Notes: generated by a model from the letters alone, not told the origin. A stretch of 63,432 bases of DNA, filler included, from Sluysia triapertura (GCA_046118255.1; 5 parts of 5 records of this genome joined end to end with filler, not necessarily neighbours in it), one strand, 5' to 3'; positions 1 through 13,190 are shown, counted from the first letter of the whole stretch. Translations and numbers: made by a program.

Positions 1-2796
1 CTAGTGAGTAAGAAAATTGTTGATAATTAATATTTGAATATAGTGAATACATAAATAATTGATTTATTTTTGTAGTTAATTAAATTAACATCTACTTAAT
101 TTAAATAATATTTTGAAAGACTTCCCAACGTCTATAAGCATTTGAGATCCTTTAGTAATCTTATAAAGTTGTGGTGGTTAAGCCCACGACTACGTACACA
201 TGACATAAATCATAACAATCAATTACACACAAAATTCATCACAAAATACATTACCACATGTCTTGCTTACATCCTCTCATAACAGGCATTATTCATCGCT
301 CCTCCAACATTATAAATTCACATATGTCTAATAAGATTTGTTTCAGTAACATTCTAAATTAGAACAGTAAACATGATAGCCACTGTCATCCCGGTGTCAT
401 TGTAACACAACACTTTATTGTGTCTAAAATTTTCCATTGTTATATTTTATATTTTTTACAATTTTATAATTGTATTGTGAATATTATGTTACATAATATA
501 ATTATAGATATTTGTACATTTTTATTTTTCTTTTATGCGTATATATTAAAAAACATTTTTAGAATTCAGAAATTATTTTTAGAAAATTAATAATTATGAA
601 ATTTAATTAAAGAAAAGAAATTCAATTTTACTAAATGAATGTTTATTTTGAAATTTAATTGTAAAATTCAATTACAAAAACATAAATGAATCACCTGTCT
701 ATTAATCTTAATATTTGAAAATAAATGAATATTTACAAAATAATATTCTTGATTATTTTGTAAAATATTATTAACGTTCTTAATACGCTCTTAATACGAC
801 TATTTATTTTGTGAGAATAAATGAACAATAAAAAAAATATAAAAATCACATGCTTGATGAATAATCATTAAAACTGACGTCGAAAAAATTAATATATAAA
901 TAACGTTTTTACAAGCAAAGCAGTTAATTGGTGAAATATTCGTTCTTCGTGTTTGGAAAAATTACTCTTTGCCTAAAGACCATTATCATTACAGGAGCTA
1001 TAATTATTTAAATTATCTGTCAGATATTTCTCGTTGGAAGCGACATTTACTGAGGATCATATTGCGGAGATCATTCTTTGAGGAATCTATTTTCATCAGT
1101 CAACATTTAAACATAAGTAAGCTAATTTGTTTAGGTGCATTTTTAATATTTGCGTCAAACTTGTTACTTAAAATCCGTTTCATTTATAACCCAAGATTAA
1201 TCCTGGGTCAAAATCATAATTAAAATTTTATTAAATTATTTATTTATTTATTATAACTATTTATTATTAGTTTCTTTTTATTTTAATGTTAAACACGATC
1301 TGTACATTTATTTAATCATTTTTGTTAATTAATAAAAGATTTTCTGTTTGTTAAATTCTTTGAAAAGGAAAGAGTATATAAAGAAAGATTGTTAGATTTT
1401 GAAAGTAACATTATCGTTATTAGATAAAATATAGCAACTTTTACTAAAGTTGAATTAGATAGCATTTAAATCGTTTATTAAAGTTGTATTCAATAAAAGT
1501 TAAGTTGCTTAAAGTCGTATTAAATAGAAGTTTAAGTTGATAACGGAACACGTTTATAGGATTAAGCAATTGACTATAAAAGATATAAATAACAGTAATT
1601 AATAAATTATAAGAGAATAATTTCAAAGTTATTCTATTAATAGCAGATATTTTAGGAATTTGATCCTCTTATTCGTCAGGTTTTCACGTTGTAGAAATTA
1701 AACCCTATGAACACGTCCTTCTTAAGATAAACCGTGTTACACAAGCGAACCCATTTCAAAGTAATTTTTTATAATTGTTCCTCTTAAGAAAGCGAACAGT
1801 ATAATTTTATAATTTTATATTTTTACAATGTATAATTACATAATTATATTATTTTATATTTATATATCTTGTAATTTCGTATTTTTATAATTTTTAATTT
1901 TATGCTGCATATTTATTGAAAAATAATTGTTGTAAAAGAATCCTTAAAAATATTATTTTTTGTTTAAATCCGAAAATACAGGTCCAAGCAATGACCTATG
2001 AATAAATTATCATTATTTTAAAAGTTTTTAAAAATTTTCAAAACCAAGTAGAAAATTTCAAGCTCCTAAACAAGTAGTCAATTGTCTTGTATTTCGATAA
2101 AGTAGTCGATAAAGTATTTCGAAATATTCCAATCTTTGAAAGACCATACCACAGTTGAGCAGTTTCACAAGGTCGAGTTACTACAATGCGATACATAATA
2201 CGCAAAACCTCTTTTCAAAATTCCCAAGATAATTCGATAACTGCTTACTCTACTCCTAACATAAATGAATTTGAAATTTATAAATATATGAATGATGGAT
2301 CCATCGTTTTAAATGCTATCGATAGCACGATGAAGAAGGCAAATTGAGTGGATTTAATGAAGAGTATGTTTCTGGTGATAGTTCGTACACGATCCTAATA
2401 GCATTTCGAAAATTTGAAAAATCAGATGAAATAGACCTAATTCAAATGTTTAAAACTGAAAATATTTTTACATTACGAATATATTTTCTGAAAATTAGCA
2501 GTACAGGTACGGTGATGAAACGATTAATTAAAAATGCTGTTACCTTTGTGATCAACTCTATTAAGTTTATGATTGTCTATAAAGTATCACCTATTGGTTC
2601 AGACCCAGATATGCTATTGAGATATTCGTTTAAAACAAGTTTACACGACGCATGGTCTACCGGTTCACAGCTAGTTACGGTCCGGGACCAGATTGATTAT
2701 GCAGTTTCCGATTATGTGACAAAACCGAGTTTTTATCTCCACTGGTCCACATTCAAACTTATTTCGGCAACTATTGTCGTGGTCCTGCTGGAACTC

Positions 2797-3048
2797 GTCC
2801 TAATTTTTAAAAACTCTAGGAACTTTTCTTCGTTACCGTGAAATGAATCTAGATTCTATTAATTCGCGAAATTATTCCAGTGGTCGGTGTCACATTTTCA
2901 ATGGCCATATTAACAGATATCATTAACACTTTTACTATTATGACGATGATATATACCGAATGATCCTGATCTATATTATCCTCGAACTTATCTAGAATTT
3001 CCTTACGCAAATCAAAGAATGAAGCAAAATTTTATCACGGATTTTAGT
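2797..3048 (+). repeat. Diverged inverted copy of the 5' end of the adjacent non-LTR element (homologous to 6840-7111)
   Basis: gtcctaatttttaaaaactctaggaacttttcttcgttaccgtgaaatgaatctagattctattaattcgcgaaattattccagtggtcggtgtcacattttcaatggccatattaacag aligns to the reverse complement of ~6990-7111. It translates MNLDSINSRNYSSGRCHIFNGHIN versus MNQDSINSRNYFSGRRHIFNGHIN, and similarity continues through NDPDLYY...NQRMK...DFS. Confidence 0.9.
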
Positions 3049-3069
3049 AACAATGTCAACATTGCAGCT

Positions 3070-6000
3070 TCAAAGGAGTCATAACGTGGTCGCATGGACA
3101 AATGGACCCATTCTTCTAATTTTGGATATAATACGAAAACCCTGATGATAGGCTTAATTATACTGGTCGTTTTCAAGGTAATTGTTGCCGTCCACAGCGA
3201 ATGGATGTCCATCGAAAGTATTCAAGAAAAATGGAGACGAATAATCCTGATGAAATTGCTTCAAATGATCCAGATATGAGTGATCCAAAGCATGTGAATT
3301 ATCATCAAAGATATGCGAAAAATAAGGATGTTTCAAAATTTAGATCCTTGACCAGAATTTAACCATTCAAGTTGATCTGGATTTTCAGAATTATATAGTA
3401 AATGAGAGTGTCGTGATGAAGTATTTAAAAGTTCTTGAAAGGCAAGTTTGGCAATTTTTTCGTCATCACAATCTAACATTCTGAATGCAAAAATGATTAA
3501 ATTTACTGCAAAATCATCCCCGGCTGAGATTAGGCCAACTCCACCTTTAGATATTGGAGAATAAAGGTAACGATTCGTTGCATAATGTTATAGCTTACGT
3601 ATTTTTGCATCATATCCTGGTTGTCTGATATATTGACCAGTAGGATTTTTGAATCCATGACTAGGTGGCGTGTCAATGTGGAACCATGATGTTCTCATTG
3701 TAAATTGTAGTCGTGAGTGTATAAATGTATTATGTACATCTTGCATTTGCCATGGTTTTAGTCCACTTTTAGAAATTTTATCAAAATCCTGAATAGCTTT
3801 TTCCAGTAACTCTTTTGGATCCTGCTTTTCGAAATGACAAAAATGTACTCCCAAGTATTTGTATGAATTCTTAGATATCATATGGAATGGGGTTTTCATA
3901 AATAGTAGGTTCCTTTCTATTTTCTGGAAAGAATAAATAGCCGCATTTTTCGAGTTTAAATTTTAATTGTGTCCAGTCTGAAATTTCCACAGCTTTATAT
4001 ATCATTTTCTGTAACACAAAATTTGATGGTTCTAATAATGCCAAGTCATCTGCATAAGCTAAAACAGATATTTTTATATTATTTAAATTAATTCCACTGT
4101 GTTCCACTTTGGATATTTCTGTTATAACTGGGTTTATTCCAATATTGAATAGCAACACAGATAAGGGGCATCCTTGGCAAACACCTCTTCGTGATTCAAT
4201 TTTAGATGTCACTGTTGATCCACATACATAGCTTGAACTGCAACCCATGTAGAGATTTTCAATAAGTTTGATTGAATCTCTATAACACCCGTGTGTTCCA
4301 GTAAACTATTAATATGTTCAATTGGTATAGATGGAAACGCTTCAGCAATATCAAGAAAGGCAATGTGTATTGGTCAAATGGAGTGACACCGTTGATGTTT
4401 CTCAATTAGAGATGTTAAAGTAAAGATATGCTCTGAGCAGCCCTCAAAATTTCCAGCTGATTTTTGGAAGGAGTTTAACAAACCATTATCCGTTATCCAT
4501 GACATTAATTGATTTGTTAGACAACTGGTAAATATTTTATACATCGTTTGTAAGAGTGCAATTGGTCTCCACGATGATATTGATTTATAATCTGATTTAT
4601 CTGGCTTCGGCATCATTAGAGTTTGGTACGATTTCCAGGAATTTGGGATCTGTTTCTTAGTTAATATTTTATTGAATAGACAAGTGAGTATTTCGGCTTT
4701 CGGATCGCAATATTTTAAATCCTTATAGGAAATATTATCAAAACCAGGAGCAGAATTTGAGGAGTTTTTCAGTATTTGTATTACCTCTATTGTGGAAATT
4801 GAATCGAAATTAAATTCTGGACCAGATTTAATTTCTGGAATATTTGACCAATTAATTTGATTTGGAGAAATACTTTTGCCTTTGAAGTAATTCTCTATTG
4901 TTTCGCGGCTAGGATATTCTTCTCTTATCGTATTATTGGTAATTTTCTCGAATACATATTTCTTATTCACCCTGTATTTCGATCAAAATTGTTCCGAATC
5001 AAAGTAAGATGATTCGCTTCGTATTGGTAAATATAATGATTTGGATTTTACTTTTCTAGTTATGTAGATATATCTTGTGATTTCATTGCACATTTCTTCT
5101 GGTATCATACTTTCAAATAACTGCTGACACGAAATTATCCGATTATTAATACTTAATTTCGGTTGCTGTTTCTCCTCTGGAATTCTTCTTTGTTTAAATT
5201 GTAGGTTCATGATTTCCGTATTTTATAGTTTCTTGGTAAAATTACGTATATCTATGTAGTCAAATTGTAATGAAAATGCAGCTTTTACTGCAATCCCACA
5301 AATTATTGGAGCCGAATGCGTTTTATTTCTATTTTTCATATAATTTATGCTTGGAACCAAGTTCACAGATACATTATTAATTCTACAAAAACTCTACAAA
5401 TTTGATGAAAGCTTTTCGTGTAGACTGCTTACCTCGTATTGTACTGGATTAAAAATGGTTGACGTTCTTTCTAAAACGTTGAAAATAATTAATATCAAGA
5501 CGGATTTGGCAAATAATCAACAATAAATTTATTGTCATCTTCAGCTATAAGTTTCGAGTGAAGTGGAGAGAAGATTAAAATTTTACTATTGCTGATACTT
5601 TTCCTAATAAGGATTTAGAGAAATACTTCGCATTTGTAACATTATTAGCACCATTTGCGTGAACTACCTGGGTATTTTCATTGTGCGGTGAAAGTCAGAA
5701 GTTGGAATTAGATGAAGCAGTTTCTGATGCATCTTGTAGGTTGTGAGTCTCATTCATATGTTGCGTAATCTCCCGTAATGGCATTAAAGAATTGCAGCAG
5801 CATTTTAATATGAGTTGATTAGAATCAAAGTTCCTATGATGATTTTGATAATGCTTCTCCATATTTTTGATATTGTTTTTCATTATCATGTAATAATTGG
5901 AGCAGTTTCCTTGCGCACATTTGATTTTACCTCCGTCATTTACGAAGTGGTAATTTGTATTGGATTCCTCGTGGTCAAGATCTACTGGGCTTAGGTTTAT

Positions 6001-7111
6001 TTCAGTTGTTGGCATGTTTTGTATGACATTGTCTTGATTACTAAAGTCTACTTCATTATTTATATTTTCTGGTTTATTTATTGTTATATTGTTAATGTAA
6101 TTTAGTGAGGGTATAATAATTACCTCTTTTGTCAATTTGACGAGTTTATGGGAACCTGACTTTGAAACAGTAATATTTTCTAACTCCATTTTGTTGTCTT
6201 GGGATTCTGGGAATTTGACAAAATTAGTTTCAAAGTTTTCGATAATTAATTTCTCAAAGGCTTCCCGCTCTTGTCTTTTGTGAGCCTTTTTATTTAGTTT
6301 CTCAAAATTTTTCTTATTTTTGCGCATATTTTTAATAAGAGATTTTCGGTTATTGCACTCGCAGTTTGAGAACGACATTTTACAAAATGAGCAGAATTTC
6401 TGCTTATGGAGTATGTGAAAAAGATTGTCTAGAGTTTTCCTGTAGGAGAGTAGTCATAAAATAGTTCTGGGAGCGAGCTGCATCTACCCTTACCATTTTT
6501 ATATTTTATAGTGGGAGGGTTAGTGTCGGGAGCAGGCAATTTCTTAGTTTTATTTATATTATTAATTTCAGTAGAAATAAAATTTGTATTAGAAATATTG
6601 TAGAGTTTATTATTTTTATCCTAAGCTTTATCTGAAGTATTAGGGTTGGGAGCAGGAAATTTCTTACTTTTAATTTTATTTTTATTAAAATTAGTTTTAG
6701 AAGTAAATGAATTATTTTTCGAATTTTTAGAAGATTTATTAATTATTATTTATTAATACTTTTGTTCCTCATATTTGTTAGTTTGACCACCCAAATGTGA
6801 TTGAATTGTGTTCGGAGCATTTGAGGCTTCAGCATAATAACTAAAATCCTTGATAAACTTTGCCTTCATTCTTTGATTTGAGGAAGGAAAATCTTTATAA
6901 ACACGAAGATAGTATAAATCAGGATCATTCCGGTATTCATAATAATAATAATAATAAAAGTGTTTCCGACGCATATTTGGACCATGATAACTGTTAATAT
7001 GGCCATTGAAAATGTGACGCCGACCACTAAAATAATTTCGCGAATTGATAGAATCTTGGTTCATTTCAAGATAACGAAGAAAAGTTCCTAGAATTTTTTA
7101 AAAATTAGGAC
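3070..7111 (-). mobile_element. Decayed single-ORF non-LTR retrotransposon, R2 superfamily (NeSL/Utopia-like), 3'-truncated
   Basis: The N-terminal region has C2H2-like fingers (CAQGNC...EKHYQNHH; CCCNS...TQHMNETH). RT motifs include SAPGFDNISY, WRPIALLQTMYKIF, FEGCSEH, RRGVCQGCPLSVLLFN, LAYADDL and YKYLGV. Post-RT motifs include YLYSPISKGGVGL and AFRMLDCDDEKIAKLA (~3440-3570). There are many stops and frameshifts, and no C-terminal CCHC/PD-(D/E)xK endonuclease is visible. Confidence 0.85.
3588..4970 (-). pseudogene. Reverse transcriptase domain, frameshifted (ORFs 4374-4970, 3871-4248, 3588-3899)
   Basis: Consecutive ORF fragments carry non-LTR RT motifs in the correct order, including QGCPLS and YADD. 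Confidence 0.92.
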
Positions 7112-7487
7112 TCGATTCGCTGCTTTTGGTTGTTTTGGTTTTTCGCTATTGCCCACTGTGCCATGTCATCGATTTATTGTTAATAAACGTTCTTTGACTA
7201 TTGTAAAACGTATTTACTGGTTTTTGAGATTACCAATAAAGTGTAAGTTTTTAAGTTACTTAAATAAGATTTGAATTTAATTGTTTAAATTTTAAGCTGA
7301 GTTATTGTTTTATTGAATGTATTACTTAATTTTGTACTAAGTTACGAATATTTTGTTTTAAGTTTACTATAACCAACCCTAGCTAAGATTTAAGAATAGA
7401 TAAAAATAATAATAAAGATAAAACTAAGAAGAAAATTAAAAGAACATTAAGAAGTAATTCATTAGAAAGATTTACAATCACAGTAGC

Positions 7488-8757
7488 ATGTCTCAATTAA
7501 CCCAGAATATTAAACCAATGGTAATACTTCTTCAATTACGTAAGTTTAATAGCAATGAGGAAGATCTTTGTAACTTTTTGTTAGAATTCGATAGTATAGC
7601 TGAGGCGAATGGCTGGATAGGACTAGAGAAAATTAAGAGAATACAATACTATCTAACCGGAGTAGCGATACAAACATATAAGGAAATAGATAACGAATAT
7701 AAGAAAGACTGTAATATATTTGTTGACCACTTTACTGAGGAAATAGCGTTAGAATATATAGGAAAATATTAAGCAAAAATGCTAAAACAAAAATCTGATG
7801 AAATGGTTTATGAATTCGCTTGTGCACTTAAGAGTTTGGCATCAAGAGCCCAAAGTTCCAGAAGATAAAAAAGAGGCAACTTTAATAGACAAATTTAAAA
7901 ATGGGCTACGTCCCGAATTAGGAATTTACGTAAATTTAACTGATAATCTACAATTTAGAGATATAATTAAGAAATTAAGAAGTATTGAACTAACTGGAAA
8001 TAAATAAAGGAATAATGTAAGTTACATAGATGATAATACTAAAGGTGCAAGAAATAACGCTAATGAATTTTCTAAACAAAAATATAAGAATTCTTTTGAG
8101 GATAATAGTTATAATAATAACAGTGCTAATAATTTTAGAGGAGATAATAGAAGGAAAACAAATAATTTTCCACCGAGAAGCAGCACAAGCAGAAACTATA
8201 TTAATACGGATAGAAATATGAGAGGATTCGGGAGAGGACAGCCAAACAGTTTGGGTTCGAGAGAGTATGAACAGCGCCCATCACCAAGATAGCCTGACAA
8301 TAATAACGGTTTCTCTGCAAGAAATAAGAGTCTTGTAAGGTCTAATTATAACAACGAAGGTAATTACAAAATACGATCAAACATAGAAGGAAATATAGTC
8401 TGTCATAATTGTGGTAGGCAATGGACATTATGCTCGAAATAGTAATAAATTAAGATCAAATACTTTTAAACAAGACTTAAGATGCCAGAGTCTAGACAAG
8501 CTTCACCTAGGAGAGTAAGATTCGATAAGAATAAAAATGAGGGACAAATAAATTATAATTACGACGAGGAGTACGATGGCTATGTGTATGATGGACACCA
8601 ACGAAGACTAACAGACGAAGAAGAAGAGATGTTAAGGAAGTTCTGTAGGGCAAAGATGGATAGCGCTGAGAATAAGGAAGAAAGAAAACAACCAAAAGTA
8701 AACACGACGACGAAGACATGCTTATTAATTACTTACAAGAGTGTTTTATGCAACTAG
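7488..8757 (+). pseudogene. Ty3/gypsy-type gag (capsid plus CCHC knuckle), disrupted
   Basis: FDSIAEANGW...YYLTGVA, QKSDEMVYEFACALKSLA and LIDKFKNGLRPEL, then an RG/N-rich linker. A frameshifted zinc knuckle CHNCGRQ/GHYARNS lies at ~8401-8443. Confidence 0.8.
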
Positions 8758-10145
8758 TAAAGGATAAGGAAAAGGCAGACATAAGAAAAATGGAAACACA
8801 ACTGAGGGAAGAACGACAAAAATCTAAGATAATTAAAAGTGCTAAATAACTCGAAGAAGAGAGCAAGTATGCCGACAATAATATAACAAATGACTAGGAA
8901 GAAGAGTATAAGAGATCAACATTAGATGATATTGACTATTTGCTTGAAGAGGAAGGTAATGATACATTCTCAGATTCGGAACCAATAATCATTCTGGGAA
9001 ATGAAGAAGAGAGTAAAGAAGAAAGCAAGGAGCGCATTACACAAAAACCTACATGTAGCGGTTTATGTAAGGAAATAGACATATTTCTTTCAAATTTGGC
9101 TAAAGATAATGATATTGACAAAAATTTAGACATAATTTATAAATTAATTTAGATATGTTCAATAGGCAGAGCATTAGACCAAGTTTACTTTACTTAAGTC
9201 AACCAGATAAAGCGAGACAATTATTGAGAAAAATAGGTTTAGTCGATAGGATAAAACAGCCTGATACTTTAATGAAAATTAATATGTTAATTGATGAATT
9301 AATGGATTTCTTTCTAGAATTACCAGTCACTACATTAGTAGAAAACATAATAGACATAATCAGAAATTTAGAGCCTAGAGAGTTCTTAATTGATTATGGT
9401 TATCCGTTAGGCGACCATGAAGAAATAATAAAAGCAGTAATTATACATGAGATTCCTAAAAGTAATGAAAGAGAAATAAATGATTCTCCATGCACATTTT
9501 TAAGACAGTTAATGGAAGAGGATGATATAGAAATTAATGATAATAATGATGATTATATAAAAATTGAAAATGATAAAAATGATGAGCAACCTGATTATAT
9601 AGTAGATTTCAATAAGAATCCACATATAGAAACTTCAGATAAGGAAACAAATACATTAAAAAGGAGGCCTGGTCGGCCAAGAAAAGACGAAAACGAGATG
9701 AAAGTAATACCTATGACTAGAAATACTATTAATACTATTGATGAAATTGATGATGGAATTAAAATAGATACTAAAGGAATATTTTACGATTTCTTATCTG
9801 ATAAGTTCATTCATTTTAATAAGTATAAGAAATTACTAGTAGAAATTAAAAAGGATTATAGAAAAGGATTATAAATAAATTAGTAAGACACTTTGAAGAA
9901 AAGCATAAAAATAAAGATATCAGCGATTTCTTTATAAGTTAATAATAAATAAACAAATTAGTAAAGGAATAGATAAGGAAAAGTTTAAAATAATTTTGGC
10001 TCACATTATATACCAATGTAATCAGGAGAAGGTAATTACGAGAAATAAAATAGATAAAGTTATAGATTTTGTTAACAAGAAAACTAAATTATGGGTTGAA
10101 GAATAAGAATGTTGGAGAAATATAATAAAAAGAAGAGAATCAAAA

Positions 10146-11674
10146 ATGGAAGATCCGACTAATCCGATTACGCAATTATTCGGAAATAACGACAATTTGT
10201 TAAATACTGCAATACCACGAATGGGAAATTCATCAAACAATATATTATTTATTATAATATTGTTAGCTATGTTCGGCTTAAATAGAACTAATGCGATTAA
10301 GGCATTAGATTGCAGCCAACCAGAGATAGGTAGAAAATTTTCATTGTTAGATACAGAAGATTATCCGGAATCAATACCTAATCGATTACAAATAAAGGAA
10401 ACTAAAATAATTAGTGTTTACCAAAAAGGTAATCTAGTAACAACTATGATAAGGGAATGTTGGTAAAACGGGTATTAGCAATTTGGTATTGTGGTCATCA
10501 TAGTTATTCATCTATAATTGAATTATCAACTGTACTAAAACCATTTAAAATACTCTTCAAGCAATGTAGAGACACATTTGAGACAGGGTATATAAGCTTA
10601 ACAATGAAAAGATAATCTATAATATAAGAACTGCAGGTAATGCATTAATAGATGGAACATGTGAGCAAGGAACAATAGAATACAAAGAAAAAATTTATCA
10701 CAATGTGGTCGCAGAAGAAACATATGTTGTTAGTTTAAAATCATTTAACGAAAGTTTTGACATGGAGAAAGCACAATGATGTCTCAATCATATTGTAGAA
10801 GTGATCAAACTAGTTGCGACACAGGAGAATCAATATTAATCTATGAATTGGATAAATTTCAGTGTCCACTAATAAAATTTAAAATTTAAAAGAAATAAAA
10901 TTTAAAGTAATATCGGGATTCATTTATCAAGATAAAGATGAATATCCGATAGAAGAAATAAATAAAAATATTAACAGAATGCAGAGAAAAAGACTGGATG
11001 GAGTAGAAACGCCAACAATATTAATGGCCATTAGTGAAGAAGACGGTTCAATTTTTATTTCTGAAGGGACAATAATTCGGTGTGGAAAAGAAATAACCGA
11101 AACTAATTATTGTATCGGAAGAAACAATACAAATCGACTTTTACTATAATTTAGGTTTAATATCTTTGGAAAAGATTTACCAGATTATGGTTACTGGCGA
11201 TTGCTAATTGAATAAGGAGATTTTACGTAAGAAATTTAGTCGCATCATTACTACCGCTAGAAGAAGGATTTTTTGATCGATTAATAGGAGAAGTGTTATA
11301 TACATACAACTACCGAATGTACAAACGAATTACCTATATTGTACGATAAAATAGAAACATATCTAGAACCGGTAACCAGAGTGATTTTTCCAAACAAAAA
11401 GGTTAATGCATTGCTCCAACGTTATGGCTCCGGAAAATAGAATAGACGATAATTTGTGGATACCACTACCACACAGGAGCCAAGGGTAAGTAGTTTTCAC
11501 CTAACTTACGATGAAAATAGAAATCCGGAGAGAGTTCAACTAACAGAAACGGCTTAAGTCTGAACGACGGCAGTCTATTAGAATTTTAAAAGAAAGTTCA
11601 ACTTCGGAAGAGTCACCTAAAGATTATCAACTTAAGGTAAGGAGTACGTACGAGGAATATGAAGTTATTTTAAC
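10146..11674 (+). pseudogene. Envelope glycoprotein, chuvirus glycoprotein / gB-type family, disrupted
   Basis: A signal peptide (ILFIIILLAMFGLNRTNA) is followed by ALDCSQP...FSLLDTED, VYQ, AIWYCGHHSYSS, DGTCEQG, IDFYYNLG...DC*LNKEILR, GEVLYTY, TECTNELPILY and YLEPVTRVIF. This matches the motif order of chuvirus-derived glycoproteins captured by LTR elements. Confidence 0.8.
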
Positions 11675-11774
11675 NNNNNNNNNNNNNNNNNNNNNNNNNN
11701 NNNNNNNNNNNNNNNNNNTTAATTAATTAANNNNNNNNNNNNNNNNNNNNNNNNNNNNNNNNNNNNNNNNNNNN
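11675..11774. other. Artificial spacer N44-TTAATTAATTAA-N44
   Basis: The same 100-nt linker with six-frame stops recurs at 25196, 36608 and 47867. Confidence 0.97.
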
Positions 11775-11902
11775 TCATTTGTGTATCCATTAATAAATTA
11801 CTTGCAGTTTTTAAGATTTTTATCGATATTTCTAAGCGGAGTCCATTGGACGCCCCCTCTACCAAAAGTGTCGCAAAAAAAGCCCTACCGTGCGACTGTT
11901 AA

Positions 11903-13190
11903 TTATTGTGCTTCTTTTGTTTGCCGCATTTTTATCCTTTCTTTATACACTGGTGACGTAATTTCGACTGACGAGGTAGAGCATTTGCTTTGGTTTATTA
12001 TTGGAATCGGAGCTAAAATATTTAATTGAAGTTTTATATGCTCTATATTCGTGTGCATTTCTGTCTCATGAATTTCTTTACTTTCTTGAGTAATCACTGC
12101 AGAAAGCTCTTCTTGATTATTGATGTCAAATGGAGTTGTGCGTAAAAACTCTTTTGTAGGAGCGCAAATGTCATCTTCAAATTTATCCTTGTTGCATGGC
12201 CAACCATTTAAAGCAATATCCATACGAACTGATTTTGAATATGCAGTTCCAAGTAGTTCTGACACAGTAGTTTGTTTAATTGTGTTTCCAGGATTTGTTC
12301 TTAACCAGAAAGATGAGGCTTCGTTATAATTTGTTTTTAAAGATTTAAAAAAAGATCTATCCAACGGTTGGAGACGGTGAGTTATATGAGCAGGAAAGGA
12401 TAATATTATAATGCCATACTCGAACGCTAATTCTACAGCTTCAATATTTTTGGTATGGGTTGTGTGTCCATCCAAAAGGAGAAGTACTTGCTTATTGTTA
12501 CTCTTCTCCAACTTTGTGTACTTGATGAAATGTTCCAACCATTGCACAAAAAGTTCTGACGTTATCCATCCAAATACAGTACCCGGTGGTGCTTCTTTCT
12601 TTAAACAATCATTCATCCGCATGCTTTAAATGTTAACATAGGAGGTATGTATTTACCTGCATGCATTCATACAACACACACATGTAGTGGTCAAACTTCT
12701 TTCACCACTTCTAACTGCATCAACTTGTTGTTTGCCTTTCTGAGTAATTATTTTGGATTGCTTGTGAACAGTGGGTAATCCTGTTTCATCAACATTATAA
12801 ATCTGGTTAGCAGTGAAGTTAATACGGTACGACTTAAGACACAGCACACTAAAATTTCAAACTAAACATAACTTAATATTGAATAAAATTAATAGAATTT
12901 CGTTTCGACCAAGTGATTAGGTAAATTCTACTGAACTTATGTTTAATATGAAACATAATTTTATCAATAACTTACTTGCATGATTAACTACCAAATATAT
13001 CCAGAAAATTATAAGAAAATTGAAATAAACTTACTTGATGATAAAATTTACAACATGGCTTGCTTACGGTAAATAGCAATATGTCACGCAACTTAGCTCA
13101 CTCAGATGTATATTTGATTGCCGACGTATATGCTGTTGTCGCCGTAGTTTGTGCAAAATATATGTGGTACGACTTGAGCAACCTTACCCT
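11903..13190 (-). mobile_element. pogo/Tigger-family (DDE_1) DNA transposon relic
   Basis: IYNVDETGL...SGERSLTTTCVCC (12653-12847), then GWITSELFVQWLEHF, LLLLDGHTTH and FPAHITHRLQPLDRSFFKSLK (11903-12622). A probable terminus TA-GGGTAAGGTTGCTCAAGTCGTACC lies at ~13166-13191. The N-terminal HTH region appears deleted. Confidence 0.88.

Larger units (their letters stand above)
7200..11674 (+). mobile_element. LTR-retrotransposon-like relic: gag - unknown acidic/helical region with AT-hook - class III (chuvirus-like) env; no pol visible; runs into the spacer
   Basis: Co-oriented A-rich decayed ORFs span 7488-11674. KRRPGRPRK lies at ~9659-9685. No protease, RT (YxDD) or integrase motif was recognised between gag and env. 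LTR boundaries are not resolved. Confidence 0.7.

Noticed and set aside
900-1223. Possible host exon (open frame ending near a GTAAG at ~1116)
   Set aside because: No recognisable domain and no partner exon.
2640-2797. U2 snRNA or spliced-leader target, or a 5' ribozyme of the NeSL/Utopia-like element
   Set aside because: GC-richer, but I could not match U2, an SL RNA or an HDV-like fold by eye. It needs an Infernal search.
7217-7235. tRNA primer-binding site (TGGTTTTTGAG...) of the gag-env element
   Set aside because: The position is plausible but the sequence is too degenerate to assign to a tRNA, and no clear LTR end was found.
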